Below, in pieces: positions 45,332-55,163 of a stretch of 64,000 nt of DNA. Source of the DNA: Candidatus Staskawiczbacteria bacterium RIFOXYB1_FULL_38_37 (GTDB lineage Bacteria > Patescibacteriota > Minisyncoccia > Minisyncoccales > Staskawiczbacteraceae); assembly GCA_001822075.1 (NCBI GenBank), contig MHPK01000002.1, positions 75,872 to 139,871 on the forward strand, in the 5' to 3' direction. Position numbers and translations under genes: made by a program. Numbering within the stretch: position 1 is the stretch's first letter; every line of letters starts with the position of its first letter. The notes beneath the pieces were generated by a model. The model did not search any database, was not told the DNA's origin, and saw nothing but the letters and a program-made list of their open reading frames with translations.

Positions 45332-45880
45332 ATGTCAAGGATAGGCAAAAAACCAATTAAAATTCCAGAAGGCCTGAAAATAGAAATTTCAGAATCCGAG
45401 GTAAAAATTAAAGGCCCTAAAGGAGAGTTAAGCCAAAAAATCCACCCTGAAATAAAAATTGAAACAAAAGATGGAGAGGTTTTTGTTTTACCTAAAAATA
45501 ATCAATTTACTAAAAAGGGGCGCGGATTATGGGGCTTATACAGGGCGCTTTTAGCCAACATGGTAGAGGGATGCAGCAAAGGATTTGAGAAAAAGCTTGA
45601 AATAGAGGGGGTTGGATTTAAGGCTGCAGTTGAAGGAGATAATTTGATTTTAAACCTTGGATTTGTGAATCCGGTCAAGATTAAAAAGCCAGAAGACATT
45701 AGTTTTTTAGTTGAAAAAAACGTAGTAACAGTTTCTGGCATAGACAAGCAAAAAGTGGGAGAAATGGCTGCTATAATAAGAAAAGCCAAAAAAGTTGAGC
45801 CCTATAAAGGCAAGGGAATAAGATATCAAGGCGAAAAGGTCAGGAGAAAAGAAGGTAAAAAAGTTGTGGCATCAAAATAA
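45332..45880 (+). CDS. rplF: 50S ribosomal protein L6
   Basis: MSRIGKKPIKIPEG, EPYKGKGIRY.GE. Confidence 0.95.
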   Translation: MSRIGKKPIKIPEGLKIEISESEVKIKGPKGELSQKIHPEIKIETKDGEVFVLPKNNQFTKKGRGLWGLYRALLANMVEGCSKGFEKKLEIEGVGFKAAVEGDNLILNLGFVNPVKIKKPEDISFLVEKNVVTVSGIDKQKVGEMAAIIRKAKKVEPYKGKGIRYQGEKVRRKEGKKVVASK

Positions 45881-45884
45881 ACTT

Positions 45885-46235
45885 ATGTCAGTAAAACAAG
45901 AAAAAAGAGCAAGAAGGCAAAAAAAGATAAGGTCAAAAATTCACGGCACAAAAGAAAGGCCAAGGCTTTGTGTTTTTAGGTCTCAAAACCATATTTACGC
46001 ACGGCTTATAGATGATGCAGAATCTAAGGTTTTATTGTCTGTGTCAGATATGGAAATAAAATCAGCTAAAAAATCAGCTAAGTCAGAAAGCGCAAAAGAG
46101 GTTGGGAAATTAATTGCTAAAAAGGCGCTTGAGAAAAAAATTGAAAAAGTTGTTTTTGACAGGGCTGGGTTTGTTTTTCACGGCAGGATAAAAGCATTGG
46201 CCGAAGGCGCCCGCGAAGGAGGATTAAAATTTTAA
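45885..46235 (+). CDS. rplR: 50S ribosomal protein L18
   Basis: RPRLCVFRSQNHIYA, FDRAGFVFHGRIKALAEGAREGGL. Confidence 0.93.
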   Translation: MSVKQEKRARRQKKIRSKIHGTKERPRLCVFRSQNHIYARLIDDAESKVLLSVSDMEIKSAKKSAKSESAKEVGKLIAKKALEKKIEKVVFDRAGFVFHGRIKALAEGAREGGLKF

Positions 46236-46250
46236 AATAATAATAAAAAA

Positions 46251-46805
46251 ATGGCAGAAGAAATAAAACAAAAAGACACATCAGCTGAGCCCGCGAAAGA
46301 AGGCGGTTTTCAGAGACGTCCGAGAAGGCCTGGTTTTGGCAGAGCCGGAGTTGGAAGGGCTGCTGCAAGAGACGAATTTGAATCAAAACTTTTGGATTTA
46401 GCCAGAGTGACAAGGGTTACGGGCGGCGGAAAACGTTTGAGGTTCAGGGCAGTGGTTATAGCTGGCAACAAAAAAGGGAAAGTTGGAATTGGCATAGATA
46501 AAGGAAGAGACGTTTCTCAGGCAATAGAAAAAGCCACAAGAATGGCTAAAAAGAATTTGATAGAAGTTGTAATTGTGAATGAAACCATTCCCCATGAAGT
46601 TCAAGCAAAATCAGGACCTGCAAGATTGCTTTTAAAGCCCCAAAAAAAGGGAAGAGGTTTGGTTGCAGGGGGAGCTGTAAGAACTATCTGCGAGTTAGCC
46701 GGCATTAAAAATATTTCTTCAAAAATTTTATCTGGTTCAAAAAATAAGTTAAATAATGCAAGAGTCACGATGGAGGCTTTCAAAAAACTTAAAGAAAAAA
46801 AATAA
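46251..46805 (+). CDS. rpsE: 30S ribosomal protein S5
   Basis: VTRVTGGGKRLRFRAVV, GNKKGKVG.G.DK. Confidence 0.95.
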   Translation: MAEEIKQKDTSAEPAKEGGFQRRPRRPGFGRAGVGRAAARDEFESKLLDLARVTRVTGGGKRLRFRAVVIAGNKKGKVGIGIDKGRDVSQAIEKATRMAKKNLIEVVIVNETIPHEVQAKSGPARLLLKPQKKGRGLVAGGAVRTICELAGIKNISSKILSGSKNKLNNARVTMEAFKKLKEKK

Positions 46806-46806
46806 T

Positions 46807-47238
46807 ATGCAGATACACCAATTAGCGCCAAAACATAAAAATAGGAGCAAAAAAAGAATCGGCAGGGGCGGGAAGAAAGGCACATATTCTGGCAAAGGCA
46901 TAAAAGGCCAGAAATCGAGAGCCGGCAGAAAAGTGGTTCCTATAATAAGGGAATTAATCAAAAAATATCCGAAGCTAAAGGGATACAGGAGAGTTGCTTT
47001 AAAAGATTATAAGGCAGTCGTTAACCTTGATACTTTAGAAAAAATTTCAAAAGACGGGGATATAATCAGCCCCCAGAATTTGATTAAAAAGGGAATTATC
47101 CGTATTATAAAAGGCAAGAAGCCGAGAGTTAAAATACTTGGCAGCGGAAAATTGACAAAAAAGGTGGTTATAGAGAATTGCGATATTTCAAAGTCTGCAA
47201 AAGAAGCTGTAGAAAAGGCGGGTGGCACAATACGATAA
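46807..47238 (+). CDS. rplO: 50S ribosomal protein L15
   Basis: MQIHQLAPKHKNRSKKRIGRGGKKGTYSGKG; follows rpsE directly (no L30 gene). Confidence 0.93.
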   Translation: MQIHQLAPKHKNRSKKRIGRGGKKGTYSGKGIKGQKSRAGRKVVPIIRELIKKYPKLKGYRRVALKDYKAVVNLDTLEKISKDGDIISPQNLIKKGIIRIIKGKKPRVKILGSGKLTKKVVIENCDISKSAKEAVEKAGGTIR

Positions 47239-47275
47239 TTTAAAATTTTAAATTTAAAATTAAAAATTTCCGTTG

Positions 47276-48553
47276 ATGTGGTACGATAAAATATTATTTT
47301 TCTTCAAAAATAAAGAGCTTAGGAATAAATTTTTATTTGTTCTTTTTTTGCTTGTAGTTTCCAGGGTGGCAGCAAACATACCTATACCCGGAATCGGAGT
47401 TGAAAATTTAAAGAAATTTTTTGACCAAAACCAAGTTTTCGGTCTTTTAAATATATTTACAGGAGGGGCTTTGAGCAATTTTTCAGTAGCATTGCTTGGT
47501 TTGGGGCCTTATATTACAGCTACAATTATTTTGCAGCTGCTTACAATGATTTTTCCAGCCCTGGAAAGATTATACAAAGAAGAAGGGGAAGCGGGTAGAA
47601 AAAAATTCAACCAATATGCAAGGCTGTTCACAATTCCCTTGGCAGCTTTTGAGGGATATGGAATGCTGATGGTGTTTCAAAGGCAGGGCGTAATTTCAGC
47701 TTTTTCTTTGCCTATTTTGATAAGCTCTATTATAACTATCACAGCTGGAGCTATGTTTTTGATGTGGCTTGGAGAAATTATTTCTGAACAGGGGCTGGGA
47801 AACGGTATTTCGCTTTTAATTTTTGCCGGAATAGTCGCCCATGTTCCAATTAATATTTTTCAGACGTTTGCGGCATGGGACCCATCAAAAATCCCTTCTT
47901 ACTTGGTGTTTGCAATTTCGTCTATAATTATAATAGCTGGAGTTGTTTTGATTACAGAAGCTCGCAGAAATATTCCGGTTTCTTACGCAAAGAGGGTCAG
48001 GGGCATGAAAATGTATGGCGGAACTTCAACATACCTTCCTTTAAGCGTAAATCCGGCTGGAGTTATGCCTATAATTTTTGCGCTTTCCATACTTTTATTC
48101 CCAAGCATAATAGCCAGTTATTTTGGAACTTTTTCAGGAATTGTTGGAAGCGCGGCCACAGCTATCGGGTTATTTTTTAATAATCCATGGGTGAACGGAA
48201 TATTTTATTTTTTGCTGGTGATACTTTTTACTTACTTTTATACAGCGGTAACATTTGACCCTAAAACAATTTCTGACAATCTGCAAAAAATGGGAGGATT
48301 CGTTCCTGGCGTAAGGCCAGGCAGGCCGACATTAGAATTTTTAAAGCATATTTTAAACAGGGTTTTGTTTACAGGAGCTATATTTTTAGGCTTGATAGCT
48401 GTTTTGCCTTCAGTTGTGGCTGGGGCCACAGGAGTTACCGGCTTTACCTTTTTGATTGGCGGCACTTCTTTGCTGATTATTGTAAGCGTTGTTTTAGACA
48501 CAATGCGCCAGGTTAACGCCCAGCTCCAAATGAGAGAATACGAAACCTTTTAA
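47276..48553 (+). CDS. secY: preprotein translocase subunit SecY
   Basis: 10-TM pattern, IPIPGI, GLGPYITATIILQLL, GNGISLLIFAGI. Confidence 0.95.
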   Translation: MWYDKILFFFKNKELRNKFLFVLFLLVVSRVAANIPIPGIGVENLKKFFDQNQVFGLLNIFTGGALSNFSVALLGLGPYITATIILQLLTMIFPALERLYKEEGEAGRKKFNQYARLFTIPLAAFEGYGMLMVFQRQGVISAFSLPILISSIITITAGAMFLMWLGEIISEQGLGNGISLLIFAGIVAHVPINIFQTFAAWDPSKIPSYLVFAISSIIIIAGVVLITEARRNIPVSYAKRVRGMKMYGGTSTYLPLSVNPAGVMPIIFALSILLFPSIIASYFGTFSGIVGSAATAIGLFFNNPWVNGIFYFLLVILFTYFYTAVTFDPKTISDNLQKMGGFVPGVRPGRPTLEFLKHILNRVLFTGAIFLGLIAVLPSVVAGATGVTGFTFLIGGTSLLIIVSVVLDTMRQVNAQLQMREYETF

Positions 48554-48555
48554 AT

Positions 48556-48630
48556 CACATAATACATAACATAGAACACATAACAACTACGTTTTCGTTT
48601 TGTTTCATGTTTTATGTTTCATGTTCTATG
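48556..48630 (+). repeat. CA-arm/TG-arm imperfect hairpin with the adk start codon at its 3' foot
   Basis: CACATAATACATAACATAGAACACATAACAAC-TAC-GTTTTCGTTTTGTTTCATGTTTTATGTTTCATGTTCTATG. Confidence 0.5.
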
Positions 48631-49320
48631 CAAAAACAAGTTATTATTTTATTTGGACAGCCGGGAGCCGGCAAAGGCACGCAAGCAGAAATTCTGTCGG
48701 ATAAAACCGGATATTATCATTTTGAATCAAGTAAAGTTATTGAGGCTTGTTTTGAAAACGAAAATCCGGAGAAAGTTTTTGAAATTGAGGGCAATTCCTA
48801 TAAAGTTGACGATGAAAGAAAACGATGGGAGGCAGGATTATTAAACAGTCCGCCTTTCGTCGTTTTTTTAATGGCTGAAAAAATAAAAGATTTGGCAGAA
48901 GACGGAAAATCAATTATTTTTTCGGGTTCTCCCAGAACCGTGTATGAAGCAGAAAGGGAAATACCTCTTTTAAAAGAATTATACGGAAAAAAAAATATAC
49001 ATTTTATAATGCTTGAGATAACCGCTGAAACTACAATTTTTAGAAATTCGCACAGAAGAATTTGCGAGCTGATACGTCATTCAATATTGTTTTCTCCGGA
49101 AACAGAAAAACTGACAAAATGCCCGTTGGACGGATCAGACCTTGTAAAAAGAAAAGGACTTGATGATTTAGAAACAATAAAAAAACGTATAGAAATTTAT
49201 AAAGAGCAGACATATCCTGTTTTGGAAATTATTGAAAAACAAGGCTTAAAATTGCAGAAAGTAAACGGCGAACAATCTGTCGCAGATGTTCATAAAGACG
49301 TTTTTAAATCTTTAGAATGA
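48628..49320 (+). CDS. adk: adenylate kinase
   Basis: GQPGAGKGTQ P-loop, FSGSPRT; position after secY. Confidence 0.85.
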   Translation: MQKQVIILFGQPGAGKGTQAEILSDKTGYYHFESSKVIEACFENENPEKVFEIEGNSYKVDDERKRWEAGLLNSPPFVVFLMAEKIKDLAEDGKSIIFSGSPRTVYEAEREIPLLKELYGKKNIHFIMLEITAETTIFRNSHRRICELIRHSILFSPETEKLTKCPLDGSDLVKRKGLDDLETIKKRIEIYKEQTYPVLEIIEKQGLKLQKVNGEQSVADVHKDVFKSLE

Positions 49321-50063
49321 TTATTATAAAAACCGAGGATGAAATTAAAATAATGGCAGAGGCGGGAAAAATCTTGGCTAATGTTTTGAAAGAAATTGAA
49401 AGGCTCGTAAAGCCGGGAATTGCCACCATTGAATTAGACAGGGCGGCTGAAGCCCTTATTTTATTGCGCAAAGCAAAGCCGGGATTTAAAGGATACGATG
49501 GGTTTCCCTATTCTTTGTGCGTTTCTGTAAATGAGAATGTTGTGCACGGCTTGCCTTCAGAATATATTTTAAAAGAAGGAGATGCAGTAAGCCTGGACCT
49601 TGGAGTCCTGTATAGGGGGTATTATTCTGATATGGCCGCGACTGTCCCTGTTGGTAAAGTTTCATTTGAAGCCAAAAGGCTTATTCAAGCTGCAAAAAAA
49701 GCTTTAAAGCGCGGAATTAAAAAAGCAAAAGCTGGCAATACAGTAGGCGACATAGGAAATACCATACAAAGATATATTGAAAGCCAGGGCTACGGAGTTA
49801 TCAGAGATTTATGCGGCCACGGAATCGGCAAAGATTTACACGAAGACCCCAAAATTCCTAATTTTGGCAAAAGGGGAGAGGGCGACAAATTAGTTGAAGG
49901 AATGGTAATTTGCATAGAGCCTATGCTGTCTCAGGGCAACTGGCAATTAAAAAAATCAGAAGACGGATATGGATATTCAACAAAAGACGGCTTGCTTTCA
50001 GCCCATTTTGAACATACAATAGCAATTACCAAAAAAGGCCCCGTTGTTTTAACTGAATTATAA
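49317..50063 (+). CDS. map: type I methionine aminopeptidase
   Basis: VHGLPS, DLG..Y.GYYSD, GHGIG, ICIEPM, FEHT. Confidence 0.95.
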   Translation: MIIIKTEDEIKIMAEAGKILANVLKEIERLVKPGIATIELDRAAEALILLRKAKPGFKGYDGFPYSLCVSVNENVVHGLPSEYILKEGDAVSLDLGVLYRGYYSDMAATVPVGKVSFEAKRLIQAAKKALKRGIKKAKAGNTVGDIGNTIQRYIESQGYGVIRDLCGHGIGKDLHEDPKIPNFGKRGEGDKLVEGMVICIEPMLSQGNWQLKKSEDGYGYSTKDGLLSAHFEHTIAITKKGPVVLTEL

Positions 50064-50104
50064 AATATGTTAAAATAAAAAAATTTAATTAAAATATTTA
50101 GCAT

Positions 50105-50821
50105 ATGAAAAATTTAATTGCAGGCAATTGGAAATTAAATCCAACAAATCAAAAAGAGGCAAAAGAGATTTTTGATGAAATTAAGGCAGGAATAAAAAAT
50201 GCAACTGCGGAAGTTGTTGTTTGTCCGCCGTTTGTGTACCTCGCCCTCCGTAGCTTCAGCGAAGGAGGGTTCGCCTTGGGCGCTCAGAATTTATTTTGGG
50301 AAGAAAAGGGCGCTTTCACCGGAGAAATTTCCGGAGCAATGTTAAAAGACATAGGGGCAGAATATGTGATAATCGGCCATTCAGAGCGCAGAAAATATTT
50401 TTCAGAAACAGATGAAATTATAAACCAAAAAATAAAAAAAGCATTAGATGCCGGCTTAAAAATTATTTTTTGCGTAGGGGAAACAGAAGAAGAAAAAACA
50501 GGCGGCAAAAGAGAAGAAGTTTTACAAAGGCAGATTCAGGAAGGATTAAAAGATGTTTTAGATATTGATAACATAAACGTTGCTTATGAGCCAGTATGGG
50601 CTATTGGAACTGGAAATAATTGTTCGGTTGAGGAGACAAAAGAATCAATAGAATTTATAAGAAAATTTGTAAAAAAAGACACTAGAGTTCTTTATGGCGG
50701 AAGCGTAAAAAGCGAAAATTCAGGAGTTTATATTAAAGAAGCCGGGAGCAATGGTTTGTTAGTTGGCGGAGCGTCGCTTGACGGAAAAGAATTTATTAAA
50801 ATTATCCAGTCAGCAGAGTAA
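50105..50821 (+). CDS. tpiA: triosephosphate isomerase
   Basis: AGNWKLN, IIGHSERR, AYEPVWAIGTG, GGASL. Confidence 0.95.
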   Translation: MKNLIAGNWKLNPTNQKEAKEIFDEIKAGIKNATAEVVVCPPFVYLALRSFSEGGFALGAQNLFWEEKGAFTGEISGAMLKDIGAEYVIIGHSERRKYFSETDEIINQKIKKALDAGLKIIFCVGETEEEKTGGKREEVLQRQIQEGLKDVLDIDNINVAYEPVWAIGTGNNCSVEETKESIEFIRKFVKKDTRVLYGGSVKSENSGVYIKEAGSNGLLVGGASLDGKEFIKIIQSAE

Positions 50822-50841
50822 AAAGTTATTAAAAATAAAAA

Positions 50842-50870
50842 ACAGTCACGCCAAGGCGGGACTGTTTTTT
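50842..50870 (+). terminator. rho-independent terminator after tpiA
   Basis: ACAGTCACGCC-AA-GGCGGGACTGT plus T6. Confidence 0.8.
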
Positions 50871-50874
50871 ATTT

Positions 50875-51272
50875 GTCCTAATAAGACCGTAAGCCGAATT
50901 CTGTTTTATGCAACCATCTGTCTTGGCTTAGAATTACTCCTAAGCTCTGGCGAACTACTTTGCTCCCTCATCAAGCTTTAAAATTCATAAATGAATTTTC
51001 CAGGCTTTACCCTGAGCTTGTCGAAGGGTTTGTTCTTGCGCCCAATAAGGATTTAGCCGTTTCATTTTTACATTGCTGTAAAATTATCCCATGAAGGGAT
51101 GCTGAACCTTTCGGTCCAAGCCGTTTCTGTTCGCACCTCGTCCGCCCGCAACTGCGTAGCTGTTGGCGGAGACGGCTGTTAGCCGCTATTATTTTATCCC
51201 GCCATAGGCGGGAGGGTGTTCGGACTTTCCTCTCTTCATTAAATAAAGAGCGATTGCTCGTCTTATTAGGAC
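50875..51272 (-). ncRNA. rnpB: RNase P RNA (bacterial type)
   Basis: Minus strand has GAGGAAAGUCCGAACACC (CR-I), 3' ACAGAAUUCGGCUUACGGUCUUAUUAGGAC pairing with 5' GUCCUAAUAAGACGAGC (P1); about 398 nt. Confidence 0.85.
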
Positions 51273-51278
51273 ATTTTT

Positions 51279-51306
51279 ATTATAGTAAATATGGGCTCTT
51301 TGTCAA
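51279..51306 (-). promoter_or_regulatory. rnpB promoter
   Basis: Minus strand TTGACA - 16 nt - TATAAT, 6 nt before the P1 5' end. Confidence 0.65.
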
Positions 51307-51369
51307 GAGTTGGAAGAACAGCAAAAAAATAGTAATATAAATATATTGTTTAACAAATTTAATTGATAG

Positions 51370-53016
51370 ATGATACAAAGATTTCTTAACTCGCAGGCAA
51401 AATCAATCAGTTCGGCATCTTTAATTTTAGCAGCTTCTTATTTGGCAAGCGCTTTTTTAGGTTTGTTCAGAGACAGGCTTTTGGCAGGAACTTTTGGAGC
51501 AGGAAATGAGCTCGATGTTTATTACACAGCTTTTACTGTGCCAGATTTTATCGCCTTAATTTTAATTTTTGGGGCAATTTCAGCGGCTGTAATTCCAATT
51601 TTCAGTTCATACATAATAAAATCAAAAGAGCAGGCATGGGAATATGTTTCAGCTTTATTTAACATTTTTTTGGGGTTTTTAATTTTAGTTTGCATTGTTT
51701 TAATAATTTTTACTCCGCTTATAATTTCTTTAGTGGCTCCCGGATTTTCAGGAGATAAAAAAGAAATGGCAGTTTTACTAATGCGCATTATGTTTTTGAG
51801 CCCTATTATTCTAGGCGCCTCAAACATGATAAGCGGAATTTTGCAGGTATTTCACAGGTTTTTGGTAACAGCTTTGGCTCCTGTAATGTATAACTTGGGA
51901 ATTATCACAGGCATTTTATTTTTTGTGCCAAAGTTCGGCATATCGGGGCTTGCGTGGGGAGTAGTTTTGGGAGGAGTTTTACATTTGGCAATTCAAGTGC
52001 CCGCCTTTATTTTTTCTGGGTTTAAATATAAGTTAAATTTTAATTTCAGGCACGAGGGCGTGATAAAAACAATAAAGCTGATGGCGCCAAGGTCATTGGG
52101 TTTGGCTGCCGGCCAGTTAAACACAATTGTTATTACAGCAATTGCCTCAACCTTAATGGCAGGCTCAATTGCTGTTTTTAATTTAGCAAACAATTTGTCA
52201 GCCATTTTGGTAAACACCGTTGCTCTTTCTCTTTCAACTGCAATTTTTCCTTCAATGTCTATGGCATTTTTGCAGGCAGAAGAGGAAAAGTTTTTGCAAA
52301 AATTTTCCAATGTTTTCAGGCAGACTCTTTTTTTAATAATTCCAATAAGTATTTTAATTTTAATTTTACGAGCTCAGATTGTAAGGGTAATTTTAGGAGC
52401 TGGAAAATTCGGCTGGGTAGACACAAAACTTACCATTGCCTGCCTTGGCATATTCAGCGCAAGCTTATTTGCACAGGGCCTTATTTTTATACTTTCTAAA
52501 ACATTTTATGCTTCCCATAATACAAAAATTCCTGCTATCATAAGCGGATTAACAGTGGCTTTTAATATTATTTTTAGCTTAATTCTTGTCTGGCTTATAA
52601 ATTTTTCTGTTGGATTTTCTCTTTTTGTGCAAATGTTTTTCAGATTAGAGGGTGTAAAAAATCTTGACGTTGTCTGCCTGGCTTTGTCATATTCTGTAAG
52701 CGTGATATTGCAGGTTTCTCTGCTTTTATATATGCTTTATAAAAAATTTCCAAATCTAAAAGTTAAAGAGATTTCCGATTCTCTGCAAAAAATAATTATT
52801 GCATCTGTAATTATGGCGCTTTCAACATTTTTAATAAGGCAGCTGCTTGGCTCTTCTGTAAGTTTGCAAACCTTTTGGGGCATATTTTTTCAGTTAGTTT
52901 TATCCGGCATTGCTGGAATTGCAATTTATACCGCAGCAACATTCTATTTAAAATCCCAGGAACTAAAAACAATATCAGACTCATTCCTTAAAAAATTCCT
53001 TTACCCTGACAAATAG
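51370..53016 (+). CDS. murJ: lipid II flippase MurJ (MviN family)
   Basis: 548 aa, about 14 TM helices; N-terminal FGAGNELDVYYTAF pattern. Confidence 0.85.
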   Translation: MIQRFLNSQAKSISSASLILAASYLASAFLGLFRDRLLAGTFGAGNELDVYYTAFTVPDFIALILIFGAISAAVIPIFSSYIIKSKEQAWEYVSALFNIFLGFLILVCIVLIIFTPLIISLVAPGFSGDKKEMAVLLMRIMFLSPIILGASNMISGILQVFHRFLVTALAPVMYNLGIITGILFFVPKFGISGLAWGVVLGGVLHLAIQVPAFIFSGFKYKLNFNFRHEGVIKTIKLMAPRSLGLAAGQLNTIVITAIASTLMAGSIAVFNLANNLSAILVNTVALSLSTAIFPSMSMAFLQAEEEKFLQKFSNVFRQTLFLIIPISILILILRAQIVRVILGAGKFGWVDTKLTIACLGIFSASLFAQGLIFILSKTFYASHNTKIPAIISGLTVAFNIIFSLILVWLINFSVGFSLFVQMFFRLEGVKNLDVVCLALSYSVSVILQVSLLLYMLYKKFPNLKVKEISDSLQKIIIASVIMALSTFLIRQLLGSSVSLQTFWGIFFQLVLSGIAGIAIYTAATFYLKSQELKTISDSFLKKFLYPDK

Positions 53017-53018
53017 AC

Positions 53019-53046
53019 GAATAACTCAACAGCCGTTGAGTTATTC
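53019..53046 (+). repeat. 28-bp hairpin direct repeat, left copy
   Basis: GAATAACTCAACAGCCGTTGAGTTATTC, identical to 55369-55396. Confidence 0.9.
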
Positions 53047-53050
53047 AAAC

Positions 53051-53071
53051 CAGCCCAAAAGGGCTGTTTTT
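53051..53071 (+). terminator. rho-independent terminator
   Basis: CAGCCC-AAAA-GGGCTG plus T5. Confidence 0.8.
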
Positions 53072-53127
53072 GTTTTGACTACTCTATGGTAAAATTATAT
53101 GATTAGTTAATAAGCCCATAAATAAGT

Positions 53128-54264
53128 ATGAAAAAACAACTTGGACAATTTTTTACAACGAAAGCAGATGCCGTTCTTTTGGGTTTTGAAAATTTTGTCA
53201 AAAATAAATATGTTGTTGACCCCTTTGCCGGCAATAAAGATTTGATAAATTGGGCGAAAAAAAATAATTGCAAAGAGGTTGTTGGTTTTGATTATGATAA
53301 AAATTATATTGATAATAAAGAAGTTTTTTTGAACGATTCGATAAATCAGGCGCAGAAATATAGATTTGTTTGTACTAATCCGCCATATCTGCATAAGAAC
53401 AAGGCAGACAAAACAACTAAAGATAAATTTTTTAATGGATTTAATTCAAAATTTGAGGATTTATATCAAATATCAATTAATTCAGTTTTAAATAGCGAAG
53501 AAGGTATTTTAATTGTCCCCTTAAATTTTCTTTGCGCTGAAAATTCAAAAAAAATTAGGGATTTATTTTTTGATAAATTTGAAATTATAAAATTGAATAT
53601 TTTTTCTTCTCAAATTTTTAAAGATACAACCTATAATGTAGTGTCATTTTATTTTAAAGAAAAGAAAGATGATTCCTCTAAAAATAAAATTTCAGCCACA
53701 ATTTTTCCAGATAATAAAAATATTACATTTACAATTCAAAAAGAATTTAATTGGCAATTAGGAGGGGATTTTATTAATAGAATAAAAAATACGAAAAATT
53801 ATCTCGGAATTTTTCGCCTTACAGAGGATTATTTAAAATCCGGTGAGTATGAAGTGGAAATGGCGTTGCAAAACATAAAAGATAGAAAAATTTTTCATAT
53901 TAGCTCTGGGATTAAAGAGAAACTGAAAAAAAATATTTTGTTTCTTAGGGCAATAGACAGCAAGAGTGGCAAAAAAATTCAAATAGAAGATATAAGGGAC
54001 TATGGTATCGCGGGGCTTGCAGGAAAAAATACTTCGCGAAATATGGCCCACTTAATTTTTGATAAAGATATCCCGATAAACGAGCAAGTAGGGCTGATGA
54101 CGCAATTTAATAAAGAATTGAATGAAAACAGAGATAAATATTTTTCGTATTTTTTAACAAATTTCAGGGATAATAATAGAAAAAGAATTTCTTTTGACTT
54201 AGTTTATAAATTTTTAAATTATATTTATCATGAAAAAAAGTCTAAACAACCAACACTATTTTAA
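53128..54264 (+). CDS. N6-adenine DNA methyltransferase (gamma-class order of motifs)
   Basis: LGQFFT, VVDPFAGNKDL (motif I-like), CTNPPYL (motif IV). Confidence 0.75.
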   Translation: MKKQLGQFFTTKADAVLLGFENFVKNKYVVDPFAGNKDLINWAKKNNCKEVVGFDYDKNYIDNKEVFLNDSINQAQKYRFVCTNPPYLHKNKADKTTKDKFFNGFNSKFEDLYQISINSVLNSEEGILIVPLNFLCAENSKKIRDLFFDKFEIIKLNIFSSQIFKDTTYNVVSFYFKEKKDDSSKNKISATIFPDNKNITFTIQKEFNWQLGGDFINRIKNTKNYLGIFRLTEDYLKSGEYEVEMALQNIKDRKIFHISSGIKEKLKKNILFLRAIDSKSGKKIQIEDIRDYGIAGLAGKNTSRNMAHLIFDKDIPINEQVGLMTQFNKELNENRDKYFSYFLTNFRDNNRKRISFDLVYKFLNYIYHEKKSKQPTLF

Positions 54265-55141
54265 AATATCTATGGAAAATCCAGAAGGCATTTTAGATGA
54301 ATTTTATGTTTTTGACGAAAAACACCCTCAATTGGAAAAGTATGTTTCTAATACAAAAGATATTAAAAATCTTTTGATTACGATAAAGACATTAAAAGAA
54401 CGGGGAGAAGATAAAGCAACTACTAAAAAATATTTGATAGAACTTTCTAATATCCTAAATAAATTTTCTAATTGTTCAGAGTTCGGTTGTTTTATAAATG
54501 CTTGTGATAGTTTTTTAGATTTTGCAAAAACTGATTTAAATTTACTCGGGAAAATAGCGGACAAATATTTTGAGAAAAGAATTTTGAATGAATCAATCCC
54601 CGAAGAGTGGATACAGGCGATACTAGACTCAAATTCGTCTAGAAAAAAAAGCAAATGCGGAGAAGAAAAACTAATATATATCTTAAAACATAATGGTTTT
54701 CAGGAAATTAAAAAATGGAACGATTTTTTCAAAAAAGAAAAATGTGTCGCTAAATTTTCTAAAAATTTTAGCGTTAAAAATATTAGAAGAAAATTGAATA
54801 TTAAATTATCTACTAAAAAGCAGAATAAAAATTTAGATTTAATTATCAAAAGCGGGGACAAAATCTTTATGTGTGAAGCAAAGCATTTAAACACTTCTGG
54901 GGGAGGACAAGATAAGCAGATATCAGAATTAATTGAGATAGTTAATTTAAGAGAAAATAATAAAAATATTTATTATATAGCCTTTTTAGATGGCATTTAT
55001 TCTAATGTTCTCTTAAATAGCGCTGATGGAGGAAGTAAATTAAAGCAACAACAAAACGAGATTAAAAAATATTTGTCCATTAATTATAATAATTTTTGGG
55101 TAAATACAGCAGGATTTAAACAGTTGGCTTCTGATATGTAA
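54230..55141 (+). CDS. putative type II restriction endonuclease (PD-(D/E)xK-like)
   Basis: Overlaps the methyltransferase gene end; LDLIIKSGDKIFMCEAKH fits D..(E/C)xK; alternative start ATG 54272. Confidence 0.5.
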   Translation: MKKSLNNQHYFKISMENPEGILDEFYVFDEKHPQLEKYVSNTKDIKNLLITIKTLKERGEDKATTKKYLIELSNILNKFSNCSEFGCFINACDSFLDFAKTDLNLLGKIADKYFEKRILNESIPEEWIQAILDSNSSRKKSKCGEEKLIYILKHNGFQEIKKWNDFFKKEKCVAKFSKNFSVKNIRRKLNIKLSTKKQNKNLDLIIKSGDKIFMCEAKHLNTSGGGQDKQISELIEIVNLRENNKNIYYIAFLDGIYSNVLLNSADGGSKLKQQQNEIKKYLSINYNNFWVNTAGFKQLASDM

Positions 55142-55163
55142 AAATTAATTGAGAAATAAAAAT

